Source: Raillietiella orientalis (taxonomy: Eukaryota). Taken from it: a stretch of 64,000 nucleotides of DNA. Made by a program: the position numbers and the translations under genes. A model generated the notes under the pieces. That model did no database searches. It was not told the origin of the DNA and saw only the letters and a list, made by a program, of their open reading frames with translations. The stretch covers positions 3,534,001 to 3,598,000 of the forward strand of contig JAYWIR010000012.1 in assembly GCA_036172245.1 (NCBI GenBank), read 5' to 3'. Shown piece after piece: positions 52,600 to 64,000 of this stretch; positions within the stretch are counted from its first letter, which is position 1, and each line of letters begins with the position of its first letter.

Positions 52600-54406
52600 T
52601 GCTGCGGGGAAGACCTGAAAGGACTGGCGCACAAGCAGGCCACATCAAGGAGAAGGACGCCCGCGAGCGCGGGCGCGCGCGCGAGAGAGAGATGCAAGAG
52701 ATTGAACGTCCTGTGCTCTTACGAGAAACTCGAGGAAGTGCTGATGTCGCTTGTAGGACTAGGGCATGCCTGGCTCGCAAACAGGAGACAAGAGAAGACT
52801 TGAGGGGAGGAGGAGAAGGGAGGACAGTACCAGGAGGTGGAAGGAATAGCCAAAAGACACGGCGCCCGGAAGGCAAGTTTTCGCTTCCAGTTAAGGGGAG
52901 GAGGAGATGCGAACCAGGAAATCGCAGCGCCTTGACTTTCACTATTGCTGCTTGATGCCTCTGGATTGCTTCCCTTCGATCTGCTGATCTACCGAAAGGC
53001 TGGACGAAGGATTGCAAGGAGATTTCCTGTGAGGGATGAGTGCTCTGCTCCCGCATTTTCCCGGGAACTTGGCTGGCATTTCTGTTTTGAAGTCTGTGCT
53101 TTTGCATTTAAGCAGATCAGCTTCAGCAACTGTTTTCTTTCTTTCTTTTTTTGCTGTTGTTGCTTCCCTTTAGAGCTAGGAATCCGAGGAACGCTGAACT
53201 TCTCGCTGCCATCTAGCGGTGGATATCGAAACATTGTCGGGAACCTTGTTTGCAATAGAGGTATCGCACACGCACACGCACACACACACACATACACACA
53301 CAAAGGGAGAAGCTTTTCTGATCTGTTCCCGAAATGAAGTTCTCCAGAGAGGAAACTGGTCTCTGGGGGCAGCTGGTTCCACCCGTTTGGCTAGAAGAAT
53401 CGTCTCAAGAGACGAAGAAGCAGAAGATTCGGAACCTCTCCGAAAAGAGCGAGGTTCCCGTGTCTTTTTACGGGAAGCGCCTCTCAGTGGACGACCCTGT
53501 GACCGGGACAGGTGGAGGTTGCCAGGAGGAGCGGGAGACGCTTTAGCGGAGGAGAGAGGGAGAAGAGCATAATCGGCACGGCTTGGGAAGTGACCGGAAC
53601 GCACTGACAGGAGGTGGAGGAGGAACGGGAAGAACTTTCTCCAGGAAACGAATAAAGGTGAAATAGGGAGAGGTAAATCCAGGATCATTGCGAGGGACAA
53701 AGAAACAGTGTGCCTTGCTCCCCTTCGAGAAACCGACGTCCAGATTTCCCCGGAAACTTTGACAGGAGTGATTGGATTTCCCCGCATGAGGGTCTCCCCG
53801 ACCTGCCCTCCCACCCATGCACGGCATAAGGTTGTCAGCCTCCCTCGCGGACAGCCTCGTGTCGCGGAGAACCCGCGACACGAGGTTGCCCCGAAGAATT
53901 TCGCTTCCCTCCCGAAAAGGAAACCCCCTCTTTCCCTTTACTCCTGGAGGTCCCTTTTCCGCCCGCGACTTTCGGGAGAGCACGGGTTCCCCGGCGAGAG
54001 GATCTATGCGGTCGAGCCTATTCTTTTACCGAGATTCGCAGGAGGTTCCAGAGACGCATCCCTGGCGACAAAGCTCCTACGATTTCGCTTCGAGGAGAGC
54101 GACATCCGATCTTGCGAGTGCGGAAACGATTTTTTTTTTTTGTTGTTGTTGCAGATCGACGACCTCAGGGTGCAGCATCGCGGAAGGGTCGATCCCGACG
54201 GAAAAAATAAAAATGGCGCTGGTTACACCCTGCGATGGAAACGTAAGCGTGCCGTAGCGGGCACCACGGGGTTCACGACGCCGTGTTTTGAAGATCCGAG
54301 CTCTTGGCGCCAGCAAATCCGAAGCGTCGTTGACCGGTGACGGGAATCGAGAGCTGGTCTGCATCGTCGAGAAGTCGCGGCGAGAAATGAGTTACGGGAA
54401 GAGCTG

Positions 54407-54438
<32 letters not shown>

Positions 54439-54600
54439 CTGCTGCTGTGATGGCCACCAGCACCATCAGGGGAACAGCCGAAAGAGCGCGCTGAGATGGG
54501 TTTCCGGCGCACAACTGTCGCTCCTGCACGGACGCTTCCGCTACGCGTGCGAGGGTTGCCGACGCGCTCAGCGAGTTGGAAACGACGAGGCATCCGAATT
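52600..54600 (+). mobile_element. Decayed GC-rich CR1/Jockey-like LINE (APE and RT remnants) with embedded (CA)n and (GA)n tracts
   Basis: LNVLCSYEKLEEV...RGGG (APE start) and EIGRGKSRI...VSL...RL (RT N-terminal KAPG/RPISL-like region) in broken frames. Confidence 0.4.
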
Positions 54601-57600
54601 TCGAGGGGTGACGTCAGCAGCTCGCGCCGTAAAGCGATACAGGCACTTTGTAGCAAAACCACGGTTCCCATGTGAATGTCCTCGCACACGTTGCCATTGC
54701 ACTTTCAGACTTTGCCGGGAAGTGTCTGTAGCTGTGCAGGACAGAGAGAGGCAGCATTTCCATTACATTAATCAGCGAGTACAGAAACATGAAAAGATAA
54801 TACGCTGTTTCCACCCAGGAGCACGGAGAATGTTTCTGCATGCCGTGATTCTTTATGCAGTAGGCACACAATACGAGTTTTTTTTTTTGTGTTTTCCTCT
54901 CTCTCCCACGGAATTCTTATAGGAAACCAACACGCTCAGCGCAGTCATCGTACATACACCAAGGAAGAGTAAGGAATCTTTTTTTTTTTTTATACAACAA
55001 AAAAAAAAACAGCTGTCCACATTCCAGATGTCCACTTTCCGCAGCACATGTAGGGATTCCAAAATAGAAGCTCCACTATCTTAGGTTCGAAATGCCGTGA
55101 TTTTCTATTTCCTTCTGGCGTACAACCATGGGCATCGAGTTCCCGTACGGCCGTGTTTTACATTCCTGATTGCCCACTCGCCTCTTCCCACATGGATACA
55201 TAATCGTCCTCGTACCCATGTGACTACATGTTCTCCTTTGTCCTTGCATGAAGCTTGTTTTTCCAAGGCGGATACAATGTGAAGATTTGTGCTCAGAGTC
55301 ATCATCACTGCAACATATTGTACAGGTGTGAGAAACATCACAAATTTCATTCGCGTGTTCGTGCTGGAAGTTTGTGACTGCATTCCTATTGCCATGGCCT
55401 TGAAGTAATAAGACTTCAACTACGGGCACATAAATCACACAAAATAAAATAGCATTCTTATAAAACAAAGACAGTTTGAAAGAGCAGAAAAGTGTTTTCA
55501 TTTTTGCTGAAAAAAAAGAAAAGAGAGGGTCACATTTCTCAGAATCATCTCAAAACAGATGTCTTTAAAAAGGAAAAAAAGAAAAAACCTTCGGTGTTGA
55601 CCGCAATCGCGAAGCGCGTTCTTGTGGACGATAAGATTTAAAAGGGAAAGAAACCAAAGTGTCTTAGCGAAGGGGAAAGCAGAAATTGTGCTCACAACTC
55701 GTAACTTGCTTAAGATTTCAAAAGTGCTACCAAATTTGGAAAGCAAAGAAAGCGTGCAAAATATAGTTTTGGCGTACTTTGCGGATGATGCCTCTTCATC
55801 GAAGAAGCTGCATCTTTTTGCATCCTCCGCATCCCGAGCAACTGGGAAGCGAGCACTTCCACAAGAAAAAAACCTCCTATTCGAACTGCAAGTTTCATTG
55901 TATCCCAGGCATGGGAATGGAAGCTCCATTTTGAAAATTTGTTCTTTGGAGCATGTGTTTCGTCAAGTTCTGATTGAGCTTCTTACACCTTGGCGTCCGC
56001 AACACAGTTTCAAATGATCACGCAGTAAACCTGATTGAAAACGAAAATCTTCACCAAATATCAAATTGCACGTTGCACGTTCTTTTTACATGCTAAACAT
56101 TTCGAAAGATCTTCTTTTTTTTTTTTTTTTTTTTTTTTTTCTTTCCCCCCAAATTCACGCCGCACTCATCTGCTTTTGCGCTGCATTTCTTTTTGGTCAA
56201 TTTAGGGGGTCACTCACAAGACTTCAGCTACCGTTTTTGGAAATCATGTAAACCCAGTATGGTGTTGCCACCAATCCGTATGAGTGGTAATGAAAAAAGT
56301 GGTTCTAATGAAAAAAGAAATAATTAATTTATGTTTAAAGAAGTGACTAAAATCTTCAAAGGGCTTTACATCTCAGATGCATGAGCTGAAGCATAGCAAC
56401 AGAATGGGGTAGGTGGTGATGGAATCAAAACTAAAGGAAGGAACAAAAATGGGATAAAGCTCAAGGAATAGGAACTAAAACATATGTGTATGTATGTATT
56501 CTAGGTTAGGTGTAAATCAGAAAACGATGAAATCTACTAATGAATCTTCTGCAGCATGGTTAGAAAAGCCCAGGGAAAAACAGCAAAATAGAGAATTTCG
56601 TGTTGCCGTGTTCTTGAAGAACTAGGTGCCACAAGGAGCTGCCGTTCATCTTCGTAAGTGCCGTGAGTTGTCCCATTTGCTTAATCGGTTTCATAACGTT
56701 TTTCTATGAATTTTAATATTCAGCTGTCTCTCGAAAAATGCAGCGCCTGAAATGGAGCACAGATCTTCCCTGGTGTCCCTTCGAATCTTATTTAGAATTT
56801 CAAAAATTTCGAAATTTGGCTCTGAGGAGTGTGCTCTAACAACTGTCGGTTTCTTGAACTTTTTCACACACTTTCGTATGCTTCACGTATCAGCCCCCCT
56901 CTTCGTATGCATTTTATGGTCAGGCATGCTGCTCTCTTTCATGCTGATAAAAAACCGTCGGAAGGCTGCTTTCGAGGGAAAAATTAGGAATGAATCGAGA
57001 AAACGGTTCCAAACAGCATTTCTCAAGGTATCTCTTCATTTTTTTTTTTTTTTTTTTGGTTCTCCTCTTTCGTTTTCTCAGCTGCCTCCGATTTCGGTTT
57101 CCATACTCTGCAAGTATTGGGTTAATCCATACCTTGGCCACCATGGAGAAAACTGAAAATTGAAATGCCTGAAGTGGGCTCGAATTGTCCTCCTCGGTCC
57201 ACGAATCGATGCAAACATGCTTTGGAACTTCAGTTGCATTTCAGAAAATCTTGCCACTTGCAAGACTGCGTAGTTTTCGTGAATGAAGACCAATAGGAGG
57301 TCCTACGGTGCATCTTCCCCCCCCCCCTCCTCCTCCTCACACAAACATTAGCCACATAGGCATGTATGTGCTCAGAGGCACGAAAATCGAATGATGTTAT
57401 TAATCATCATATTACTCGATTTCAATTTGGTTTAAGGACCCGATTCATCCAAAGATATGAATGTACCACAAAACCAAGGTAGCCTATACCACGTTTCCGA
57501 TCTCAAGTCAATGCAGACTTTTATAATACGAGCCATCGAAATTAAAAGAGATTCGGGAATAAATGTGAGCAGTTTTCGAATTTAAAACGTGTGTGGAAAA

Positions 57601-58145
57601 TTATCGGTGGCTGAGTGTGTGTAAAATATATCGATAGCCGAAACGTCCCATTTGGCAATTTGCTAGAGCTCGGTGGGGACGGGCGAGCATTCGCTATAAA
57701 GGTTTTCTTGTTGTTTTAGCGTCAGAAGCCATGTTATTTTCTGCCGTTGTCTTACGTAGAGCGTGGTGTGTGTGTGCAGTTGTGCAGCTTTGGTGCTTTG
57801 TTGTGTGCATTTTACTCGTAGTGCCCGTGTTGTTTGTAATTTTTGCACAGTGGAGCTGATATTCCGCCTCCGCTGATTTCTATGTTGTATTTCTAGTAGA
57901 AAGATTCTTTAACTGCGTTCCAAGTTGATCGGTGTTCTGTATGCACATGGTGATAACAAAAGAATTCGTGGTGCTTTAGCACGTAACTTTTTCTGCCTGT
58001 CGATTTGTAATTTGCAGGGATCTGGCGGCTGCACGGTTTATTTTAAAATTTTTGCCGAGATGCTAAACGTCAATTTTCTTTTGTGTTTTAGGAATATAAA
58101 CTTCTGACATACGTTTTTTCAGAAACTAAACTGATATAGGAAATC

Positions 58146-59131
58146 ATGTCAGATCAACAGTTTTGCTTGAGGTGGAACAATCACCAAAATACATTAGTTA
58201 CAGTATTCGAAACCTTGCTAGTCAATGAGCGCTTAACGGATGTTACTTTAACAGCTGAAGGTCAGATGATAAGAGCTCATAAAGTTGTTCTGTCAGCTTG
58301 CAGTCCGTATTTTGAGGTATTTTTTTTTCTTTTTCTTTTTACAATACGTTCATGTATCGCAAAGATGGCGTTCACTGAATTCTAACTGTTTGCATTTTCA
58401 GAAAATATTTTCAAAATGTGGAGAAAAGCATCCCATCATATTTCTAAAGGATGTCAGGTTTCTTGAATTGAAAGCTTTATTGGATTACATGTATAAAGGA
58501 GAAGTAAATGTTTCTCAGGATCAATTGTCTCCTCTTATTGCAACAGCTGAAAGCCTAAAAATAAAAGGCTTGGCTGATAATGAACAAAAGGACAGCAAGT
58601 CGAAGGGAAATTATTACAGTCTTATGGAAAACAGTGTGTTAGAAAAAAATCAAGATAGGTGTTCAGAGGATTTACCAGTGGCTAGTCATGCGGTTTCAGA
58701 AACTGAACGTTCTTTTTCTCCCATTCCCAAAAGGCGCAAAAGACAAATACGTGCAGGTGATAAACATCCAGTAGAAAGTGACATCAGTAATTTTGATATA
58801 AGTGGCTCTGTTGTTACTGAATCATCATCACCAACCCGCTTGAAAAGATCTTCATTCATTATTCCAAATATTCCAGCAACAGTAACACATGTTGGGCTAA
58901 CTAAAAGTCAAGATATAACTATAAAAGTAAATCGTGATGATAGGATTATTACAAGTGATATGCAAGATTTGGATGAGAGTGAAAATTCAAAATATGAATT
59001 GGAAGTTAAGGAAGAAATACCAGAAGTTCCACAAGATTTTCCAGATATAGAAGAAAACGGTGGATTTGAAAATGAAATCCTTTCTGATACTTCGAATGCA
59101 GGTCCCAGCAGTCATCAGGATAATAGCCAAG
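58146..59131 (+). CDS. lola: Longitudinals lacking-like BTB protein, constant exons only; variable 3' exon(s) not identified in the window
   Basis: Exon 58146-58316 (MSDQQFCLRWNNHQNTLVTVFETLL...AEGQMIRAHKVVLSACSPYFE) and exon 58402-59131 (KHPIIFLKDVRFLELKALLDYMYKGEVNVSQDQL..LIATAESLKIKGLAD ... NAGPSSHQDNSQG). From recall this is closest to the Lola BTB and the Lola constant-exon end. Phase-1 donor G|GTAGAG at 59131/59132. Confidence 0.8.
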
Positions 59132-61282
59132 GTAGAGTACTTTGTGTGAGGGATTGGATGTGTTGAAAAATTAGTGGAAGCATCTGATACCTAGTAAAAA
59201 TTAGTGTGTTGAAGTGCTTCGACCCTTTGACAATTCACTTTGGTGCATTAATGCAGTGAATTATCCTTGCGGCATCTCCAACGAGAAGGTTGGCTTAGCT
59301 TAGTGTTACCAGATTGGTTTTTCTCCCAGATATTGGAAATGCGTGCTGTTCAAAGATTATTGGAATGTTTTGAGTTGTCAGCAAAAGGCTGAATTTGAAA
59401 CGCTAACAGCGTCGGGCTTTGAGTGCTGCTGTTGCCATTATCGGCTATTCAAAAATCTGAGTAGCTCGTTAAGTCGGTTAAAGGTGGTCTTGTAAAATGC
59501 TTGATTAAATCACTGTTTTCTCCTGTAATCTAAATATGTAATCACACTGCTTTTATTGTTATTAGATTCGTATTTGAGTTCCGGAGTTCTTTCAGTTTCT
59601 TCAAGTGAATGGTAGCAATTCACTGAGTTTCATTAGTTGTTTACTCGTGTCGATAGGTCAGATTTGTTCCAGTGGAAATTCTTGCCCCGAATTTGCACCA
59701 GAAACTTGGTCTTTCATATGCATTTTGTGCAATGTTGCGTTTTTTTATTCCTAAAAATTCCAGAAAAATGGCTTGTTGATTCATTTAAAGCACATCAGGG
59801 GCACTTTCTAGATCAAGTGTTAAGGGTTCATAAGGAATATATTATGTTATATTACAAACCGAGGAAACCATCTTATATATTGTTTGTATGTTTTTCTGAC
59901 CATTTTGTTTGTGAATCTCATATGAGATCCAGATCATTGTTCTAAGTTTCAGCTTTCTGTAGGTTGTTTACTTGGTTTTGAGTGTAATTACAATACTTCT
60001 AATTTTATTTGACCTGTTGATAGCAGTTCAATTTAGGAATTACATGTGCAAGTGGCAACCACAAGTTAATTGCGAAGATTTCATTGGAACATCAAAAATA
60101 TTAAACAACTGTGCCTTATCGGTGGATTGGAGTGGAGTTGAATCTTGTGAATGCATTATCTTATGAAACTTACTTTGTGCTGGCTTTCCGTTTAGATATT
60201 TTCGGCATTGATCAGCTGAAACAAGTTTCAGCTGATCATTGTCAAAGTATTTAATGAAAGTGTAAGTGAATTAGTTCAATAAAAGTGCGGTTTTGTAATT
60301 TTCCTAAGCTGTGCGCGCGAACACTGAAAGCATGTTTGGTAAAGCATTTTGTTTCTTACAGTAGCCAGCTCCTCATGTGATTTGTGTTCTCACGTGTTAA
60401 GGTTTTATTTTGTTTTGCAATGTTTTCCAAAGTTTTGATGGGTATCGCCTTCGGAAAAAATTTTCCGTTTTTGTGTACATTGATTTCTGCATCATTGCTG
60501 TAGAAAACACAGTAATTGTTGATGTGGGTATGTGAAAGTTAGCTTATCACTAATTTCTTTGAATAATCCACTGGTGAATGTATTTGAGACTACAGGATAC
60601 AAATAAGTATTCCTATTGTATAGTATAATAAGTATTCCTTCTTTATTGTATTTTCTTTTTCACTTTAGAAAATTGGTTTTGTAAGCATGCCTAAAACAAG
60701 TGCAATCTTTAAATGTGTAATCGGGTATTAGTAAATTGGAATCAGTGCTCAAGTGGTTGTTTGATTTGAGGTAATTGTTTTTTCTTCTTCTTCCTGGTTT
60801 GGTGAGGTGGCTTGCTAAAAATTCATCGATTAGCACGTTCCCTTCGAGCCCTTGTTTGTTTCTGTACCTATGCGTACATTGTGAGTGTTAAGGTAAGTAA
60901 TAAATCGTACTGAAATTCCGCGTACGGACGTATGCACGTTAAAATTTGGATTTTACGTAAATTATGGCATTAGTTTTGGATGCTTTTGCCATCTTTTGAA
61001 CATCCAGCTGTACTTTATAGCTGAGTGTTCCGTTTGCCGAAAACAGTTGCCCTTCGTTGTTTGTGCCTGCTTTTAAGTGGTTGACCACCCTATCGATTTA
61101 TAGATGAGTCAGCAAGTTGCGAAAGTTTTCGTCACCCATTTAAAGTATACTTCAGCATTTCAAGATGTCGAAAGAATGCAAAAGAGTGTATTTGGCTATT
61201 TCTTGCAACTCTGTAAAGTTTTTTCCCTTATTTGTGGAAGTTTTTTCTATGTAACATAGTTTCAGGTGGTAACTGGTTGCCG

Positions 61283-61313
<31 letters not shown>

Positions 61314-61329
61314 TCCCCGCATTTTGTGT

Positions 61330-62360
61330 ATGCTTTCACATAATTGCATTCTTGCCAAGGGATTTTTAATTCGTGGGTACGGCCTACAAGCGTGGTAAAA
61401 GCTGTAAAACGTAGCCAGTATGCACGCATTTCAAGTTTCAGGGAAGTCGTTCCAGTGATCAGAATTCGGAGCTTGTAGACGATGGTTTTGTTCCAAAAAA
61501 ATAAGATTTGGTTGGTTGAATGTCTCCACAAGTATGAGTACTTCGAAATTGTTTGTGGAGCTGTTGTGATTCTCGGTCCAACGAGCTTTTGAAATCTGTG
61601 CAAAATATTTTTCGCCTAATGCAGCACTCTCCGATTTTGTAGGAAAGAAAATTTTTTTGGGGGTGGGTGGGGGGGTGGGGGGGAAGGCGAAACGTGAGGT
61701 TGTCATAAAGGTCACTCTTTAAGTGATGGTTTCCACCAAAGGCCCAGTTTGCGCCGTTTTCAATGGTGAGTTTAGATTAGGTGTGGGAGCCTGGATCCTG
61801 AGACACTTGTTTTGCGCCGTTTTACACGTATCGCCATTTCCGTGTCGTTGATTCTGCTTGGATGGCCGAGCAGGGAAAAGAAGGATTTCGAGTGGAGAGC
61901 AGTGAAACTGCGCGGGAAGAATTCGAGACGGCTGACTTACTAAACAGTTAAAAAAAAAGGGGGGGGGGGAAGGCGCCCACACACAGCAAAAAGGAAACTC
62001 GGGAAAACAGGGACTCCTGTGCTTTCGCTCGCCGGCGATGAGGTGTTGAAATTTTTCCCCTTTTGGTGGTGTAGCGAACGTGGCGTGTCGAATTCGTTCA
62101 CCGCTCAATCACAGGGAAGACGGAGGAGCTTCTGAAGCTCTGAGCTCATGAGCTTTCGGGGTGATCCTTCCTAGAACTTGTGCACATTTTGCCACCCACC
62201 CAGTGGGAATAGGTGAGTTGCTAGCTACATCTTTCGGAACAGAATCCAGAACATCCAAAAATGAATTCCAGTCTGTACAAGAGGAAAGTTTTACGCATGT
62301 ACATTGTGTCTTATGGATGGTACCGCCACATGCACTGCTCACTCACTGTGTAGCACGTCT
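61330..62360 (+). mobile_element. Decayed mariner-like transposase remnant
   Basis: Broken frames GAWILRHL..TRIAISVSLIL...KDFEWRAV resemble mariner WVPHEL...R..IC.SLL.R...FL.RIVTGDE. Confidence 0.4.
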
Positions 62361-62583
62361 TGCGGGCTGGTGGGCAGGGGTGAAGCGAAATTTTTCAAGG
62401 TGTAAGGTGACAGTTTATCTGTGGGGAAAGTGAAGTTATTTTTAAAATCCGGTGAGTTCTTCGTAAAAGGAAAAACAAATGAAATATCTCAACGAATGGA
62501 TAAATGAACTCTGGTGAGGCATCGGAAAGTTTACTAGTTGTCCCATGACTTGATTGCATTAATAGCAAACTGCATGTGTAGTG

Positions 62584-62650
62584 CACGCACACACACACAC
62601 ACACACGCGCACGCACGCACACACATATATGTGTGTGTGTGTGTGTGTGT
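62584..62650. repeat. (CA)n followed by (TG)n compound microsatellite (self-complementary)
   Basis: Directly visible. Other microsatellites lie at about 33910-33938 (CA), 53268-53302 (CA), 54407-54434 (GA) and 63724-63741 (CA). Confidence 0.9.
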
Positions 62651-62799
62651 TCCTGCGTTTGAGGATGTGTTTTCTGACAGCATGTTTTTTATAATGTATG
62701 AATTTGTGGATACGCCACATTCTCGCATTTCCGAGAATGTGGCTTGAAATTTTTGTTCGAGTAGCGTGAAAAGTGAACTGTTGTAATTATGATACATTG

Positions 62800-63200
62800 T
62801 ATTACAAGCAGACTTTTAAATATCCGTGGTCGAGAGCAACAGAAATGCGCGCGTAATGGACGCACAGTCGATCATGACCGCAGCAGAAGTTCTCGTCACG
62901 TGTTTTGAGTGGTATGAAAATGAGGTGGATGTTTGAAAAGGTGGAACTCGACGAGAGTATGTCCTTAATCTCGTTAAGCAAAACTTGTGGAATTTTCATC
63001 CGGACGGAATGATGCTGTTGTGTGCTCACTCCTTTTTCGGAATTTTCGTTTCAGTAAACGTGGAGGAGACATTCCGATATGGAGGAGGCGTTCCTCATGT
63101 GAGCCTGTTGAGAAAACTGCTCGCAGATCTGAGAAGCAGTAGCTCCAAAGAAAGTTGCTCGGCGACTGGTTTGTGCAGAGAGAGTACGCGTTAACCTAGT
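62800..63200 (+). mobile_element. Possible RTE-like LINE RT 3' remnant
   Basis: QTFKYPWS resembles the FKYLGS motif; otherwise heavily decayed. Confidence 0.3.
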
Positions 63201-64000
63201 AGTCAGCCAGCTGCTGCCTTTGATTCATGAAATTCCAGTAAAAAGTCAAGCCAAGTCAAAAAAAAAAAAAAAAAGGGAAATTCCAGAGAGGTCACCAAAG
63301 TTCTGATGAAAAGACGAGGGACTCTGGCGTTTGAGAATAGTTCCCCCCCCCCTCCCCCCGCATCTTAGAATAAGGAGAAGTTTTTCCTCTTAGATGATAG
63401 GCAGGACGGTTTTTTAAGGATTGTGTTCCCAATATCTTCGGAAATTCAGGATTGTTCTCGTTTCTCCGTAGCGCACTTTTAGTCAGCGCCGTGTTTAGTA
63501 CATTTTTTTTTTTTTCTTTATTCTGCTCCTGCTTGTAAAGTGCTCAAGGTACATTGTCCTCGGCATATCGTCCTCTCTAATGATAGCTGTAGGTAGATTT
63601 GGATATGTGTGCCTGGTGCTTGCATGATTAAATAAAGGAACCGGTGGCGACGAAGCAAAGGAAAAGAAGAAGAAAAAAACGCGAGTTACATTATGAAGAA
63701 CTCGGGAGATAGCACCTTTGCGTACACACACACACACACACTCACCTTTCACTTTCATTTTGGTGTTTTTTCTTCCTCCCTCTCTCGTCACGCCGTCGTC
63801 GTTTCATCCGTCCCTTTTTTCCTTTTTTTTTATCCGATATTTATTTTTTAGCTGCGTCGTAAACACTTTAGTGCAAATGTAGAATTTTGTTGCATACACA
63901 CAAACAGCTGTCGATGGTTGCCCATCCTTAAATGTGTTCTTTAATTTTAGGGTCTGCTCCATTTCTCAGCAATAGTCTCCCAGAAAATACATACGTTTCA

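Noticed and set aside
47473..54922. Dense cluster of overlapping ORFs suggesting a viral or bacterial insert
   Set aside because: Stop-codon scarcity is explained by high GC. The recognisable parts are LINE and 28S fragments with microsatellites, and there is no operon-like structure.
62280..62410. Cys/His-rich frame (YACTLC...) as a lola zinc-finger exon
   Set aside because: The spacing does not fit C2H2 or C2HC fingers, and it overlaps the mariner-like remnant.

Overview
AT-rich, gene-dense eukaryotic DNA, most likely from an arthropod because it carries tramtrack-type BTB genes. Many introns are only 41-57 nt. Protein-coding genes: the 3' part of cytoplasmic dynein heavy chain (+), BUD13 (-), PCIF1/CAPAM (+), frataxin (-), a 4-exon thioredoxin (-) that the ORF track misses, a BTB gene with two duplicated pipsqueak-type HTH terminal exons (+), and the constant exons of a lola-like BTB gene (+). 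Intergenic DNA holds decayed transposons (Penelope-, Gypsy-, CR1/L2-, RTE-, Tigger- and mariner-like). A sharply GC-rich block at about 47.5-54.7 kb is built from nested LINE fragments and a rearranged 28S rRNA-derived segment. Best leads: (1) a dispersed L1/Tx1-like retroelement family whose copies all begin with a tRNA-like A/B-box head, one copy lying just downstream of the 28S-derived piece; (2) two lola-type BTB constant regions that end in same-phase donors and could share variable DNA-binding exons by cis- or trans-splicing. All calls come from reading and translating by eye and from remembered family motifs. No database search or computation was run.
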